In this document: piece by piece, positions 17,896 through 26,917 of the stretch
Layout: each line of letters opens with the position of its first letter
How positions within the stretch are numbered: position 1 is the stretch's first letter
NCBI GenBank assembly: GCA_947494435.1
Contig: CANLUY010000004.1
Location: forward strand, 8,106 to 72,105
Source: an uncultured Litoreibacter sp.
Lineage (GTDB): Bacteria > Pseudomonadota > Alphaproteobacteria > Rhodobacterales > Rhodobacteraceae
Direction of reading: 5' to 3'
Length of the DNA: 64,000 nucleotides
Program-made: the position numbers and the translations under genes
Notes under the pieces: model-generated
Seen by the model: only the letters and a program-made list of their open reading frames with translations
The model's database searches: none
What the model was told of the DNA's origin: nothing

Positions 17896-18783
17896 ATGAC
17901 TCGCTCCCTCAGAACACTTGCGCCGCATTACGTGATGCTGCTGCCGTTCTTCGCGCTTTTTGTGGTGTTCTTCCTCTACCCAATCGGGAGTGGCTTTTAT
18001 TACAGCTTCTTTCAGTGGGACGCGATCAACGAACCGACCTATGTGGGTGTCGAGAATTACAGCGACATCATGGGTTCGCGAAAATTCGAAAAAGGCATCA
18101 CCAACATCCTGACCTACGTGGCGATTACAGTGCCGCTTGGGATTACAGTGGCCTTCTTGCTGGCCGTTCTCGTTGATAGCTTCAACGGCTTCTGGTCGAA
18201 GGTGTTCCGATCTGCTTACTTTGTACCCGTCATGATGCCGCTCTTTCTTGCAGCGACGCTCTGGCGGTGGATTTACGCACCAAACTTTGGGATTCTTAAC
18301 ACGTTTCTTGGATGGTTTGGCATCGACTCGATCAACTTTCTAAACAACACCGATACGATGCTCCTGGCAATGATTGCCGTCGACGTTTGGGTTTCGGCGG
18401 GATTCAATATGGTCATCATTCTGGCCGGTCTAAAAAATGTGCCGCAACATCTCTACGAGGCCGCGCGGCTCGACGGGGCAAACAAGCTTCAAGAAATCCG
18501 CTATGTGACGATCCCGATGATCGCGCCAGTGCTGTTCTTCGTCGTCACTTACGGTTTCATCTCCGCGTTGCAGGTTTTCGACGTCCCGTGGCTTCTGACC
18601 ACATCCGAGTTCACCAGTTACGGTGGTCGTAGACAAACGCTTCTTTTCCCCGTCATGGATATGATCGGACGCGGTTTTGGAGCTCTGAAGTTCGGCGAGG
18701 CAGCTGCCTATGGCTTTATCTTGACGGTCATTATCATGACCGTAACCGCAACCCTATTCCTGATCCGCCGGAGAATAAAATGA
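17896..18783 (+). CDS. Carbohydrate ABC transporter permease
   Basis: EAA motif LYEAARLDGAN; six TM segments. Confidence 0.92.
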   Translation: MTRSLRTLAPHYVMLLPFFALFVVFFLYPIGSGFYYSFFQWDAINEPTYVGVENYSDIMGSRKFEKGITNILTYVAITVPLGITVAFLLAVLVDSFNGFWSKVFRSAYFVPVMMPLFLAATLWRWIYAPNFGILNTFLGWFGIDSINFLNNTDTMLLAMIAVDVWVSAGFNMVIILAGLKNVPQHLYEAARLDGANKLQEIRYVTIPMIAPVLFFVVTYGFISALQVFDVPWLLTTSEFTSYGGRRQTLLFPVMDMIGRGFGALKFGEAAAYGFILTVIIMTVTATLFLIRRRIK

Positions 18784-19664
18784 CCGACGCTATCGCTAGC
18801 CCTTCGGCCCTTGCCTCGAACCGTCGAAAGATCAAAGTGCCGTCCCTCTGGACCGTCCTGAAATGGATCGCCGCCATCTCGGTGGCAGTAGTAGCACTCT
18901 TCCCGCTCTGGTGGATGTTCAGCGTTGTGTTCGCGGAAGCCGGTGTGCCGGTCGCGGTCAACCCGCGGCTCTACCCGACATCCTTTACAGACGGGTTTGC
19001 GAAAATCTGGGAAGTCTTTGAGGAGACTGGTTATCTACGCGCCTACTACGTTTCGATCATGTATACGATCCTGACCATTGCAGGCGTCCTGCTGATCAGC
19101 TCGATGGCAGCGTTCGAGTTCGCGCTGTTCGATTTTCCGGGAAAGAACGCGCTCTTCGCTGTCGTGATGCTGTCACTGATGGTTCCGCTTGCCGTTACGC
19201 TGATCCCGACCTATCTGCTGGTCGCGCAACTTGGCTGGGTAAACACGATGCAGGGCCTTGTTGTGCCGGGTCTTGCTTCAGCCTTTGGTCTCTTCATGAT
19301 GACGCAATTCATGCAAAGCATCCCTAAAGAGACGCTAGAGGCTGGCCGACTCGAAGGTGCGAACCACTTCCAACTTTATTGGTATATCGCCCTGCCCCTT
19401 TCGAAGAACGCACTGATTACGCTTGCGATCCTGACGTTCATGAAAACCTGGGGCAACTTCATCTGGCCGCTCGTCGTCTCGAATACGCGCGAGGTCTACA
19501 CGGTCAGTCAGGTCATTAACCAATTCAACTCGCCCTTCTCGCATACCACGGTTGATGTCGTCATGACGGCAAACTTCCTTGCAGCGATCCCACCCATTCT
19601 CTTCTTCGTCTTCTTCCAGCGATGGATCATCGAAGGTGTCCAGATGTCAGGCTCCAAGGGCTGA
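18780..19664 (+). CDS. Carbohydrate ABC transporter permease
   Basis: EAGRLEGAN, WGNFIWPL motifs. Confidence 0.92.
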   Translation: MTDAIASPSALASNRRKIKVPSLWTVLKWIAAISVAVVALFPLWWMFSVVFAEAGVPVAVNPRLYPTSFTDGFAKIWEVFEETGYLRAYYVSIMYTILTIAGVLLISSMAAFEFALFDFPGKNALFAVVMLSLMVPLAVTLIPTYLLVAQLGWVNTMQGLVVPGLASAFGLFMMTQFMQSIPKETLEAGRLEGANHFQLYWYIALPLSKNALITLAILTFMKTWGNFIWPLVVSNTREVYTVSQVINQFNSPFSHTTVDVVMTANFLAAIPPILFFVFFQRWIIEGVQMSGSKG

Positions 19665-19703
19665 CTCAGGACGAAGACGGAAAAAACCTAAGAAAGAACG
19701 CCA

Positions 19704-20801
19704 ATGTCTGACCTCCAGATCAAAGACGCCGTAAAGAGCTACGGCAACGTGGATGTCCTCCACAACATCAATCTCGACATCGAGTCCGGCGAGTTCGTCG
19801 TTCTGGTCGGCCCTTCTGGTTGCGGCAAGTCGACCTTGCTTCGTATGATCTCCGGACTGGAAGATATTTCTGGTGGTGAGATGTTCATTGACGGAGAACT
19901 GGTGAACGATGTCGATGCTGCCAAACGCGGAATCGCCATGGTATTCCAGTCCTACGCGCTCTTCCCACACATGACTGTCGCGGAAAACATGGGGTTCAGC
20001 CTCAAGCTGGCGAAGGCTCACAAGTCCGAGATCAACGAAAAGGTGCGCCGCGCGGCGGAAATCCTGCAATTGGAAAAGCTGTTGGAACGCAAGCCCAGTC
20101 AGCTTTCGGGCGGGCAGAAACAGCGTGTCGCCATCGGCCGTGCCATCGTGCGCAACCCGAAGGTATTCCTTTTCGATGAACCGCTTTCGAACCTCGATGC
20201 GGAGCTGCGGATCGAAATGCGGGCGGAACTGATCCAACTCCATAAACAGCTCAAGACAACGATGATCTACGTGACCCACGATCAAGTTGAAGCCATGACG
20301 CTGGCCGACAAGATGGTCGTTCTCGAAGGCGGCCAAGTCCAACAAGTCGGAAAGCCGCTCGAACTCTATGATGACCCATCCAACATGTTCGTCGCCGGAT
20401 TTGTCGGCACGCCGCGTATGAACTTTTTACCCGCCGAGGTTGTCGATGTGTCCAACACAACATCGACACTGCGCTTCGCCGCCGAGAATGGCGCACCGGA
20501 AGTCGTACTGCCCATGACAGACGGAAAACTCGCGATCGGCTCGAAGGTCAGCGTCGGGATCCGCCCCGATCATCTGCACTTCAGCCCCGCGCAGTCCGGT
20601 GATCTGGCGATCCCCATCGACGTGGCCTTTGTCGAAGAACTGGGTGATCTCACCTACGTCTATGTCGACACAAAAGCCGGAACGCGGCTTTCGTCGCAGA
20701 AAAAAGATGGGCGGCACAATCACGGAACGACAGGTTATGCCGTTGCCGACACTACTTCGATGTTCATCTTCGACGCAGACGGTCATCGCGTCCGCGCCTG
20801 A
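19704..20801 (+). CDS. Carbohydrate ABC transporter ATP-binding protein (MsmK/UgpC-like)
   Basis: Walker A GPSGCGKST, LSGGQKQR, FLFDEP, VTHDQ; TOBE-like tail. Confidence 0.95.
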   Translation: MSDLQIKDAVKSYGNVDVLHNINLDIESGEFVVLVGPSGCGKSTLLRMISGLEDISGGEMFIDGELVNDVDAAKRGIAMVFQSYALFPHMTVAENMGFSLKLAKAHKSEINEKVRRAAEILQLEKLLERKPSQLSGGQKQRVAIGRAIVRNPKVFLFDEPLSNLDAELRIEMRAELIQLHKQLKTTMIYVTHDQVEAMTLADKMVVLEGGQVQQVGKPLELYDDPSNMFVAGFVGTPRMNFLPAEVVDVSNTTSTLRFAAENGAPEVVLPMTDGKLAIGSKVSVGIRPDHLHFSPAQSGDLAIPIDVAFVEELGDLTYVYVDTKAGTRLSSQKKDGRHNHGTTGYAVADTTSMFIFDADGHRVRA

Positions 20802-20816
20802 CGAACCGCAGTTTGG

Positions 20817-22058
20817 CTAGGTTCCGGTCAGAAGGTTGTAGAGGCTGTTGTCCTCTTCGGGCCGGACATAGCCGATGCCGGTGTGTTGATGGTTCTGTGG
20901 CGGGTTGATCAGCACCGATAGTGGAAGTGCCGCCGCACCCCGCGCCACGTCACCGGACGCGAGCCGCAAATCAGGCATAGGAATGTGTCCCCGCGTCGGC
21001 TTCACATGGTTCAGCTCGGTCTCGGTCATCCTGACCAACTCTTCTAATAGTCCGTGCGGCAACTGGCCGCCGAAAAATACCATTTGCGGGTCCATAGTAT
21101 GCGTAACGCTACGAACCGCCGTTGCGAGGTGAGGTGCTGAGTCTTGCAGCCACTCCCGCATCTTCGGATCGTTGCTCTCATACGCGGCAGCAATGCGTCC
21201 GGGTGGAACCGACGTGAACTCCTCCCCTGATCCCACGATCGCCTGATAGGCAGCAAGCCTGGACACGTATCGCTCAAGACAGCCTGACGCGCCGCACGGG
21301 CAGTCCCGACCGCCTGGCTCGACCAAGATATGGCCGAACTCGCCTGTTCGGCTATGCGCCCCGGTAACAGGTTTGCCTTCGACAAAGACACACCCGCCGA
21401 GGCCCAGACCAAAGTAGAAATAGAGGAACGATCCGATGTTGCGCGCGTCGCCGAAGAGATTCTCGCCAATTGCAGCCGCTGTAGCATCATTCTCCACAAA
21501 AACTGGTAGGCCAAAGGCTTCGGAAAATGCGTCGGCGACCGGATAGCCGTCCCATTCCTGCATAGAAAAAGTAGCTCCAGAGAAAAACCGCTTTTCCCGG
21601 AACAGACCCGGCATGGCTACACCGACCCCGATCAGTTTGCTGCGCACGGTTGGATGCTCGGCGCACAGCTGCTCGATGAGGGTCCGCGCGAGGGCCTTCA
21701 CATCGTCTGGACGCTGTTCGGCCAGCTCATGACGCGCTTCCGACATGACCGTGCCATTGCCGTTCGTCAGTGATCCAATGATCCGGTGCTGGTCAATGTG
21801 CAGACCGATGGAAGCGAACCCGTCGTAATCGACCAGAAACTCGCGGGCGGGCTTGCCCTTCTTACCTGTATGGATGCTGCGCTCGATGATGATCCCGAAC
21901 GGCATCAGTTCGGCCACGATGTTGGAAACGGTCTGGGGCGTCAGCCGCGTTTGCTCGGCGATATCGGTTCGGGAGATCGGTCCATGACGCAGAATGGATT
22001 CGAGTGCGACCCGCCTGTTGAGGCCTTTAGCAAATTCAGAATTGGCCCCTTTGAGCAT
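20817..22058 (-). CDS. ROK-family transcriptional regulator
   Basis: N-terminal HTH (ISRTDIAEQTRLTPQTVS), VENDATAAAIGE, GEFGH, CPCGASGCLE. Confidence 0.92.
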   Translation of the reverse strand: MLKGANSEFAKGLNRRVALESILRHGPISRTDIAEQTRLTPQTVSNIVAELMPFGIIIERSIHTGKKGKPAREFLVDYDGFASIGLHIDQHRIIGSLTNGNGTVMSEARHELAEQRPDDVKALARTLIEQLCAEHPTVRSKLIGVGVAMPGLFREKRFFSGATFSMQEWDGYPVADAFSEAFGLPVFVENDATAAAIGENLFGDARNIGSFLYFYFGLGLGGCVFVEGKPVTGAHSRTGEFGHILVEPGGRDCPCGASGCLERYVSRLAAYQAIVGSGEEFTSVPPGRIAAAYESNDPKMREWLQDSAPHLATAVRSVTHTMDPQMVFFGGQLPHGLLEELVRMTETELNHVKPTRGHIPMPDLRLASGDVARGAAALPLSVLINPPQNHQHTGIGYVRPEEDNSLYNLLTGT

Positions 22059-22177
22059 ACCGGTCTCTCCTTAACCCTTGCCCATACAGGCCCCTGTTCG
22101 ATGCTGCGTCTCGGCGGTTTATAGCTTGCAAACACGGGCAATTACATCCCCCACCCTACAATGGTTGCTTGAATATT

Positions 22178-22200
22178 ACTAATCATTTGTGTTAATCAGT
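22178..22200. promoter_or_regulatory. Putative ROK-regulator operator
   Basis: ACTAATCATTTGTGTTAATCAGT, imperfect palindrome between divergent ROK regulator and SIS genes; matches 16407-16429. Confidence 0.65.
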
Positions 22201-22235
22201 CACACAGGTAAATTGGAATCGAAGGCAGGACAATC

Positions 22236-23282
22236 ATGCTCGTTAAAGACTACATTCAGGAGCAGCCCGAGATGGCAGCACAGATGATCCGCGAGCTGCC
22301 GGATACTTATGCTGCGCTACTGCCCGCGTCACAGCCCGAAGCAATCTTGCTCGTTGGCACCGGCAGCTCAATGAATGCGCTGATGACTGCCCTGCCCGTC
22401 TTTCGCAAAACCGGCGCGGCAGTGGTGTTGGTTAGCCCGCAGGAGTGTCTAGAAAGCCTCGCAGACATGCCCACCGACAAAACTCTCGCCATCGTTGTCT
22501 CCCAGTCCGGTGAAAGTATCGACACGCTGCACGCCACCGAGGCGCTTTTGAAGCGTGATACATCTGTAATCGTGCTGACCGGCAACCCGGACAGTCCGTT
22601 GGCGCAAACCGGAGCCGCAGTCGCGGCCATGCCGGTTGCCGATGAACAGATCGGGCCGAAAACGAAGGGCTACTCGGCAACAGCGCTCGCGCTGCAAATC
22701 CTGGGTCATGCGCTGACGGGTCACGACTTGCCAGACGATACCGCCAGTGTGGTCTCAAATATGGAAACCTTCTCACTTCAGTCAGAGCGATGGGCCATCA
22801 ACTTCGCCATGCGCGCAGCCAAGGCGGATGTGCTGGTTGTTCTCGGTCAAAAGCAACATGTCGGGACCGCCAGCGAGGGATCGTTGAAAATCGCGGAGAT
22901 GAGCGGTCTTCCCAGCTTCGGCGAGGAAACCGAAGAGATGTCGCACGGTCGCTTCCATGGGCTAACGGAACGCTCGCTCGTGTGCTTCATTACCGCGATC
23001 GATGCCGAGTATGACTTCGCCTGCCGGATGAAAGCCGCGCTGAAAAACTTCTCTATCCAAGCGGAGATCGTGGACGTCCGCCCGTCTCTCCAAGCCGCCG
23101 AAGAGGCCGGTTTGAAATGGCCAGGAAAATCCAGCAACACCCTCCTCGCGCCGATCATCGCCGCGCTACCGTTTCAGTATCTTGCGGTGCATACCGCACT
23201 CGTGAAAGGTATTGATCCTGAAAAGATGCGCTACCCGACCATGGGCAAGTATCTCAAAATCAAGGTTGGGACCGCAGCCTGA
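22236..23282 (+). CDS. Double-SIS-domain sugar-phosphate isomerase/deaminase/deglycase (GlmS-C/FrlB/AgaS-like)
   Basis: EQPE, GTGSS, SQSGES, KTKGYSAT, EGSLKIAE, EEMSHG motifs; no glutaminase domain. Confidence 0.85.
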   Translation: MLVKDYIQEQPEMAAQMIRELPDTYAALLPASQPEAILLVGTGSSMNALMTALPVFRKTGAAVVLVSPQECLESLADMPTDKTLAIVVSQSGESIDTLHATEALLKRDTSVIVLTGNPDSPLAQTGAAVAAMPVADEQIGPKTKGYSATALALQILGHALTGHDLPDDTASVVSNMETFSLQSERWAINFAMRAAKADVLVVLGQKQHVGTASEGSLKIAEMSGLPSFGEETEEMSHGRFHGLTERSLVCFITAIDAEYDFACRMKAALKNFSIQAEIVDVRPSLQAAEEAGLKWPGKSSNTLLAPIIAALPFQYLAVHTALVKGIDPEKMRYPTMGKYLKIKVGTAA

Positions 23283-24223
23283 TGAACAAATTTGCATACG
23301 CCGTCGACATCGGTGGCACGTCGATCAAACTCGGCATCATTTCCGAATCCGGCGAAATTCTGATGCGGTCCTCTCTGAAGACCGCCAAGGACATGCCGCT
23401 TCCGACGCTGGTCAAGAAGATCGGTCTACAACTTAACGAAATCGCCGCAATGGCCGGTGTGAAGCCCGCCAGCGTCGGTATTTGCGCCCCTGGCTATCCT
23501 GATCCAAAGACCGGCGTTTTGATCGATGGATCTGGTGCCGTTCCTAGCCTGAAAACCGGCTCAATCTCACGGGCGCTCTCCACGTTCCTTGGCGTTCCCG
23601 CCGGTATCGGAAACGATGGTACATGCGCCGCGCACGGCGAGCGTCAGTTCGGCGCAGGTAAGAACCACCGCTCTTTCATCTATATATGCATCGGAACCGG
23701 AATCGGTGGAGCCATCGTGCATGAAGGCCGCGTCCTCGAAGGACCTAACGGGGAACCGCCCGAGTTCGGAGCGATCTGTGTGCGACCCGGGCAGGGCGAA
23801 TCAAGACGTGGCTTGAAAGGGTCAATTGAGGATCTAGCTGGGGGTCGCGCCTTGGTTGAGACCTACAAAAGCGAAACCGGCTGGGGTGACGAGCCACTGG
23901 CTGTAAACGATTTACGGGAGAAAGCCATATCCGGCGACAGGGCTGCTATCAGGCTTTTCGATGATGCGACCGACCAGCTTGCCCAGACCATTGGCGGGCT
24001 GATCAACGCAAGCTGCGTTACCGAGTGCATCATCGGTGGCGGACTGTCGAAAGCAGGCAGTTTCCTCATTGATCCTATCCAGAGGAAAATCGTCCAATAC
24101 ACTTGGAAAATGTTCGCGGATCAGGCGCGCGTTCACGCAAGTAAACTAGGCAATGACGCTGGCATGCTAGGAACTTTGGCGTTGCTCCAAAAGCCTGAGG
24201 AGCTTCGGACATATGGAGCCTAA
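23282..24223 (+). CDS. ROK-family sugar kinase
   Basis: AVDIGGTSIK, GNDGTCAAHGE, IGTGIGG, EFG, IIGGG motifs; no HTH. Confidence 0.9.
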   Translation: MNKFAYAVDIGGTSIKLGIISESGEILMRSSLKTAKDMPLPTLVKKIGLQLNEIAAMAGVKPASVGICAPGYPDPKTGVLIDGSGAVPSLKTGSISRALSTFLGVPAGIGNDGTCAAHGERQFGAGKNHRSFIYICIGTGIGGAIVHEGRVLEGPNGEPPEFGAICVRPGQGESRRGLKGSIEDLAGGRALVETYKSETGWGDEPLAVNDLREKAISGDRAAIRLFDDATDQLAQTIGGLINASCVTECIIGGGLSKAGSFLIDPIQRKIVQYTWKMFADQARVHASKLGNDAGMLGTLALLQKPEELRTYGA

Positions 24224-24278
24224 TCGAAGCAGAACTGCTTAATCTCGCGGAAAAACAAAGTATGTGCGAGTATCTCAA

Positions 24279-24476
24279 ATGAGTGATTCAGATAGGTTTG
24301 AAGCACATCAAGTAGCTTTGTTGAAACACCCAAAGAGCGGCGAACTCGTCGGCAGACTATATCTTTGGGAAAATGGCGAGGTCGATCCAATGTGGTTTGG
24401 TGAAGAAGTCATTGATGCAATCGCTGATCCTCTCCCAGGTGAGTCCCCAAATTGGGCAAGCTGGCCCTTGACTTAA
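24279..24476 (+). CDS. Small hypothetical protein
   Basis: MSDSDRFEAHQVALLKHPKSGELVGRLYLWENGEVDPMW; protein-like composition. Confidence 0.55.
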   Translation: MSDSDRFEAHQVALLKHPKSGELVGRLYLWENGEVDPMWFGEEVIDAIADPLPGESPNWASWPLT

Positions 24477-24505
24477 CGCTCAGAGTTCAGCGTTTGTGTG
24501 TCGAT

Positions 24506-24763
24506 TTAGATCCGATGATCCAATTCCGTATGCTCTTCCGCTAACGATACAAGTTCTCGAACGTCTGTCCCGATCGAACGAGCGAGCACAATCAACTCAA
24601 TCACATCAACCCGGCGCTCCCCGCTTTCGATTCTCGCGACAAACGACTGATGACACTTTAGTTTCTTGGCGAGGTCAGACTGCGTCATGCCAGCCGCTTT
24701 CCTTGCTGCGATCAGAGCTTCGCGCAACGCCTCATGTCCTGAGCTTCTGATTGTTTTTGTCAC
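24506..24763 (-). CDS. XRE/HTH_3 transcriptional regulator
   Basis: ARKAAGMTQSDLAKKLKCHQSFVARIESGERRVD. Confidence 0.9.
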   Translation of the reverse strand: MTKTIRSSGHEALREALIAARKAAGMTQSDLAKKLKCHQSFVARIESGERRVDVIELIVLARSIGTDVRELVSLAEEHTELDHRI

Positions 24764-24789
24764 GCGTCACAAACCTCTTGTGACTGCGC

Positions 24790-24823
24790 TAATCTAGAAT
24801 ATAGATTATCTAAAATTTAGATA
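24790..24823. promoter_or_regulatory. Tandem palindromic operators ATCTA-N5-TAGAT
   Basis: TAATCTA-gaata-TAGATTA and TATCTAAA-a-TTTAGATA just upstream of the XRE gene. Confidence 0.65.
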
Positions 24824-24882
24824 TTGTGGATACTGGAAGCTGCGCGGTGCTTACTGACGTTAACTTTGAAGAAAAATGCGGC

Positions 24883-25182
24883 CTATTGGGATGTATCCTC
24901 CAAAAATTGTCCATACAGCTCGCTTACCTCTCGAGCCTCTTCGAACGCACGCGCACGCTCAGAGTCCAAGCATCGAAAGTATTCCTGAATGTCTGCAATA
25001 TAATCTTCAAAATCCTGTTTGATCAGATCCTCAAATTCGAGTTGGGCTGCGAGATCGTCAGGAACAAAGGGAACGCGTGGTGGGTAGCAGGTCTTTGCGC
25101 TAGCTGTCGTTGCGAGAAAAGACCAAATGATCAGCGCCGGGATGACGCAATTTCGGCACAACCTAAGGTTCAGAAATCCCAT
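24883..25182 (-). CDS. Secreted hypothetical protein adjacent to the T4SS operon
   Basis: Signal peptide, CYPPRVPFVP, YFRCLDSERARAF. Confidence 0.7.
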   Translation of the reverse strand: MGFLNLRLCRNCVIPALIIWSFLATTASAKTCYPPRVPFVPDDLAAQLEFEDLIKQDFEDYIADIQEYFRCLDSERARAFEEAREVSELYGQFLEDTSQ

Positions 25183-25250
25183 AAAAACTTGATATTATGC
25201 TGTGCGCATGCCTATTGGATGTGTGACTACACTGTAGCCGCACATGGTTA

Positions 25251-25287
25251 AATATACCTTGCGGACAATTATATACTATCGTAACTT
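25251..25287 (+). promoter_or_regulatory. Candidate virB operon promoter (TTGCGG-N17-TAACTT) overlapped by conjugation motif copy 2
   Basis: AATATAC-N8-CAATTATATACT at 25251-25277. Confidence 0.55.
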
Positions 25288-25344
25288 TGGGCTTCAAGTA
25301 GGAATGCCTGAGGCTGCGTCTTTGAAGAAAGCGCGAACCGGGCC

Positions 25345-25698
25345 ATGAACTGGGACATCGAAGCACCAAATGTGGTTACGGAAGCACGTTTCCGCGAACT
25401 CGTGGAAAGTGGCGACAGCGCTGAAATCCTCTGCCAGGAATCGGCACATAAGAAGGGCCCCAGCTACTACGGGGTCTGGATCATGCGCGTCGTCTCTGAC
25501 GAGGGCGTGGAAAAGCTACTGGTCACGGCCCGTACCCGCACGACCTACAACGATATCAAGATCCGCGAGTTCAAAACCATCACGGGCGTGGTGTCCTTCC
25601 TCATGGGGATCGGTTTCTCTCATGCCGATGTCCCGCTCGAAGAAGGCCAGCGAACAACGCACAAGCTGGCCGCGACTGACAAAGGCGGCGGCAAGTAA
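25345..25698 (+). CDS. Hypothetical protein, first gene of the virB operon
   Basis: 117-aa ORF with T4SS-like codon usage, overlapping the transglycosylase start region. Confidence 0.7.
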   Translation: MNWDIEAPNVVTEARFRELVESGDSAEILCQESAHKKGPSYYGVWIMRVVSDEGVEKLLVTARTRTTYNDIKIREFKTITGVVSFLMGIGFSHADVPLEEGQRTTHKLAATDKGGGK

Positions 25699-26356
25699 CC
25701 TTCTCCTTGTCTGGTATCTCGCGGGTCCCGCCACTGCTCAGATGGTATTGGTCATGGAGAGCGACGGTTCTCTGACCCCGTCCCACTCCCAGGACAGCTT
25801 TGCCCGCAACTATAACGACGGTATCGGTCAGGGGTTCGCTGCTGATGAGCTGGCGATCCTTGGCGACCGAGAAACTGAACAAGAAGACATTCAATTGGCG
25901 GCCCTCTCGCGGCCCGCTCCTCTACCCCGCGCTGATGTTCTGGCGGCCATCGAGGCCACCGCCCTTCGCTACGCCGGTCATCCCGGGTTGCGGCGCACGG
26001 ATCTCTCGGTTCGTGATTGGCTGACGCTCTACCGTGCCAATATCGAAGTCGAGAGTGCCTACCGACAGGATGCGGTCTCGAGCGCTGGTGCAATTGGCCT
26101 CGGGCAGTTGATGCCTGCAACGGCGCGCGATCTAGGTGTAGACCCGCATGATCCGTTGCAGAACCTCGATGGCTCCGCCCGCTATCTCGCGATGATGCTG
26201 GAGGCGTTCGGCGATCCGCGCCTGGCGCTCGCGGCATACAACGCTGGCCCGGATGCGGTCCGCCAGTATGGTGGCATTCCCCCCTACCGAGAAACCCAGA
26301 ACCACGTGGCCAGTGTCATGGCCGTCGTGGCCCGATTGGAAGGATCAAATTCATGA
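25676..26356 (+). CDS. virB1: VirB1-like lytic transglycosylase (start approximate)
   Basis: SLT motifs [27 protein letters not shown]; signal-peptide-like segment ending AGPATAQ. Confidence 0.85.
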   Translation: MTKAAASNLLLVWYLAGPATAQMVLVMESDGSLTPSHSQDSFARNYNDGIGQGFAADELAILGDRETEQEDIQLAALSRPAPLPRADVLAAIEATALRYAGHPGLRRTDLSVRDWLTLYRANIEVESAYRQDAVSSAGAIGLGQLMPATARDLGVDPHDPLQNLDGSARYLAMMLEAFGDPRLALAAYNAGPDAVRQYGGIPPYRETQNHVASVMAVVARLEGSNS

Positions 26357-26646
26357 GACAGATTTCAAACCTATTCGTCGCCTCACTGGCGCTCTTCCTG
26401 CTCCTCGCAGAGCCGGCCCTTGCTCAAAGCATCGATCTCTCTCCGATCCAAAGCCTGTTGCAGGGTATCGTCGATGCGCTGACCGGCCCGCTTGGCGTTG
26501 TCATCGCGACGCTCGCTGTTCTCGGCGTTTTTTTGAGCTGGTTCTTCAATATCATCGATCTCCGCCAGGCGCTTTGGGTGCTTGTCGGCATTGCAGGTGT
26601 CGCTGCCGCTCCCACCATCGTTGCCGCGGTCTTTGCCGGTGGCTGA
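26353..26646 (+). CDS. virB2: VirB2/TrbC pilin
   Basis: Signal peptide, two hydrophobic helices, position before virB3/virB4. Confidence 0.88.
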   Translation: MRQISNLFVASLALFLLLAEPALAQSIDLSPIQSLLQGIVDALTGPLGVVIATLAVLGVFLSWFFNIIDLRQALWVLVGIAGVAAAPTIVAAVFAGG

Positions 26647-26917
26647 GCGCGCGCCCCTCTTTCTGGGTCTTGTGCGCCCGCCCAAGCTTCTGGGCCTGCC
26701 CATCATGTACGCAATGGTCTGGCTCTTCGGCTCGGTGCTTCTCTTCGTCTGGGTCCAACACATCGCCGTGCTGGGCGTGACCGCCCTGCTTTATCCCGTG
26801 CTTTGGAAGGCGGCGGACTGGGACCCGCGCTTCATCGACGTGATGATGACGGCGCTGCAGGAGACACCGCCGACGCGGAACCGCAGCATTCACGGCGGGG
26901 ACAGCTATGCCCCGTGA
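26639..26917 (+). CDS. virB3: VirB3
   Basis: PLFLGLVRPPKLLGLP, two TMs, DPRF; GTG start. Confidence 0.88.
   Translation: MAERAPLFLGLVRPPKLLGLPIMYAMVWLFGSVLLFVWVQHIAVLGVTALLYPVLWKAADWDPRFIDVMMTALQETPPTRNRSIHGGDSYAP

Noticed and set aside
25370-25675. Long N-terminal extension of the VirB1-like ORF
   Set aside because: Overlaps the better ORF 25345..25698 in another frame; the signal-peptide-like segment starts near 25676
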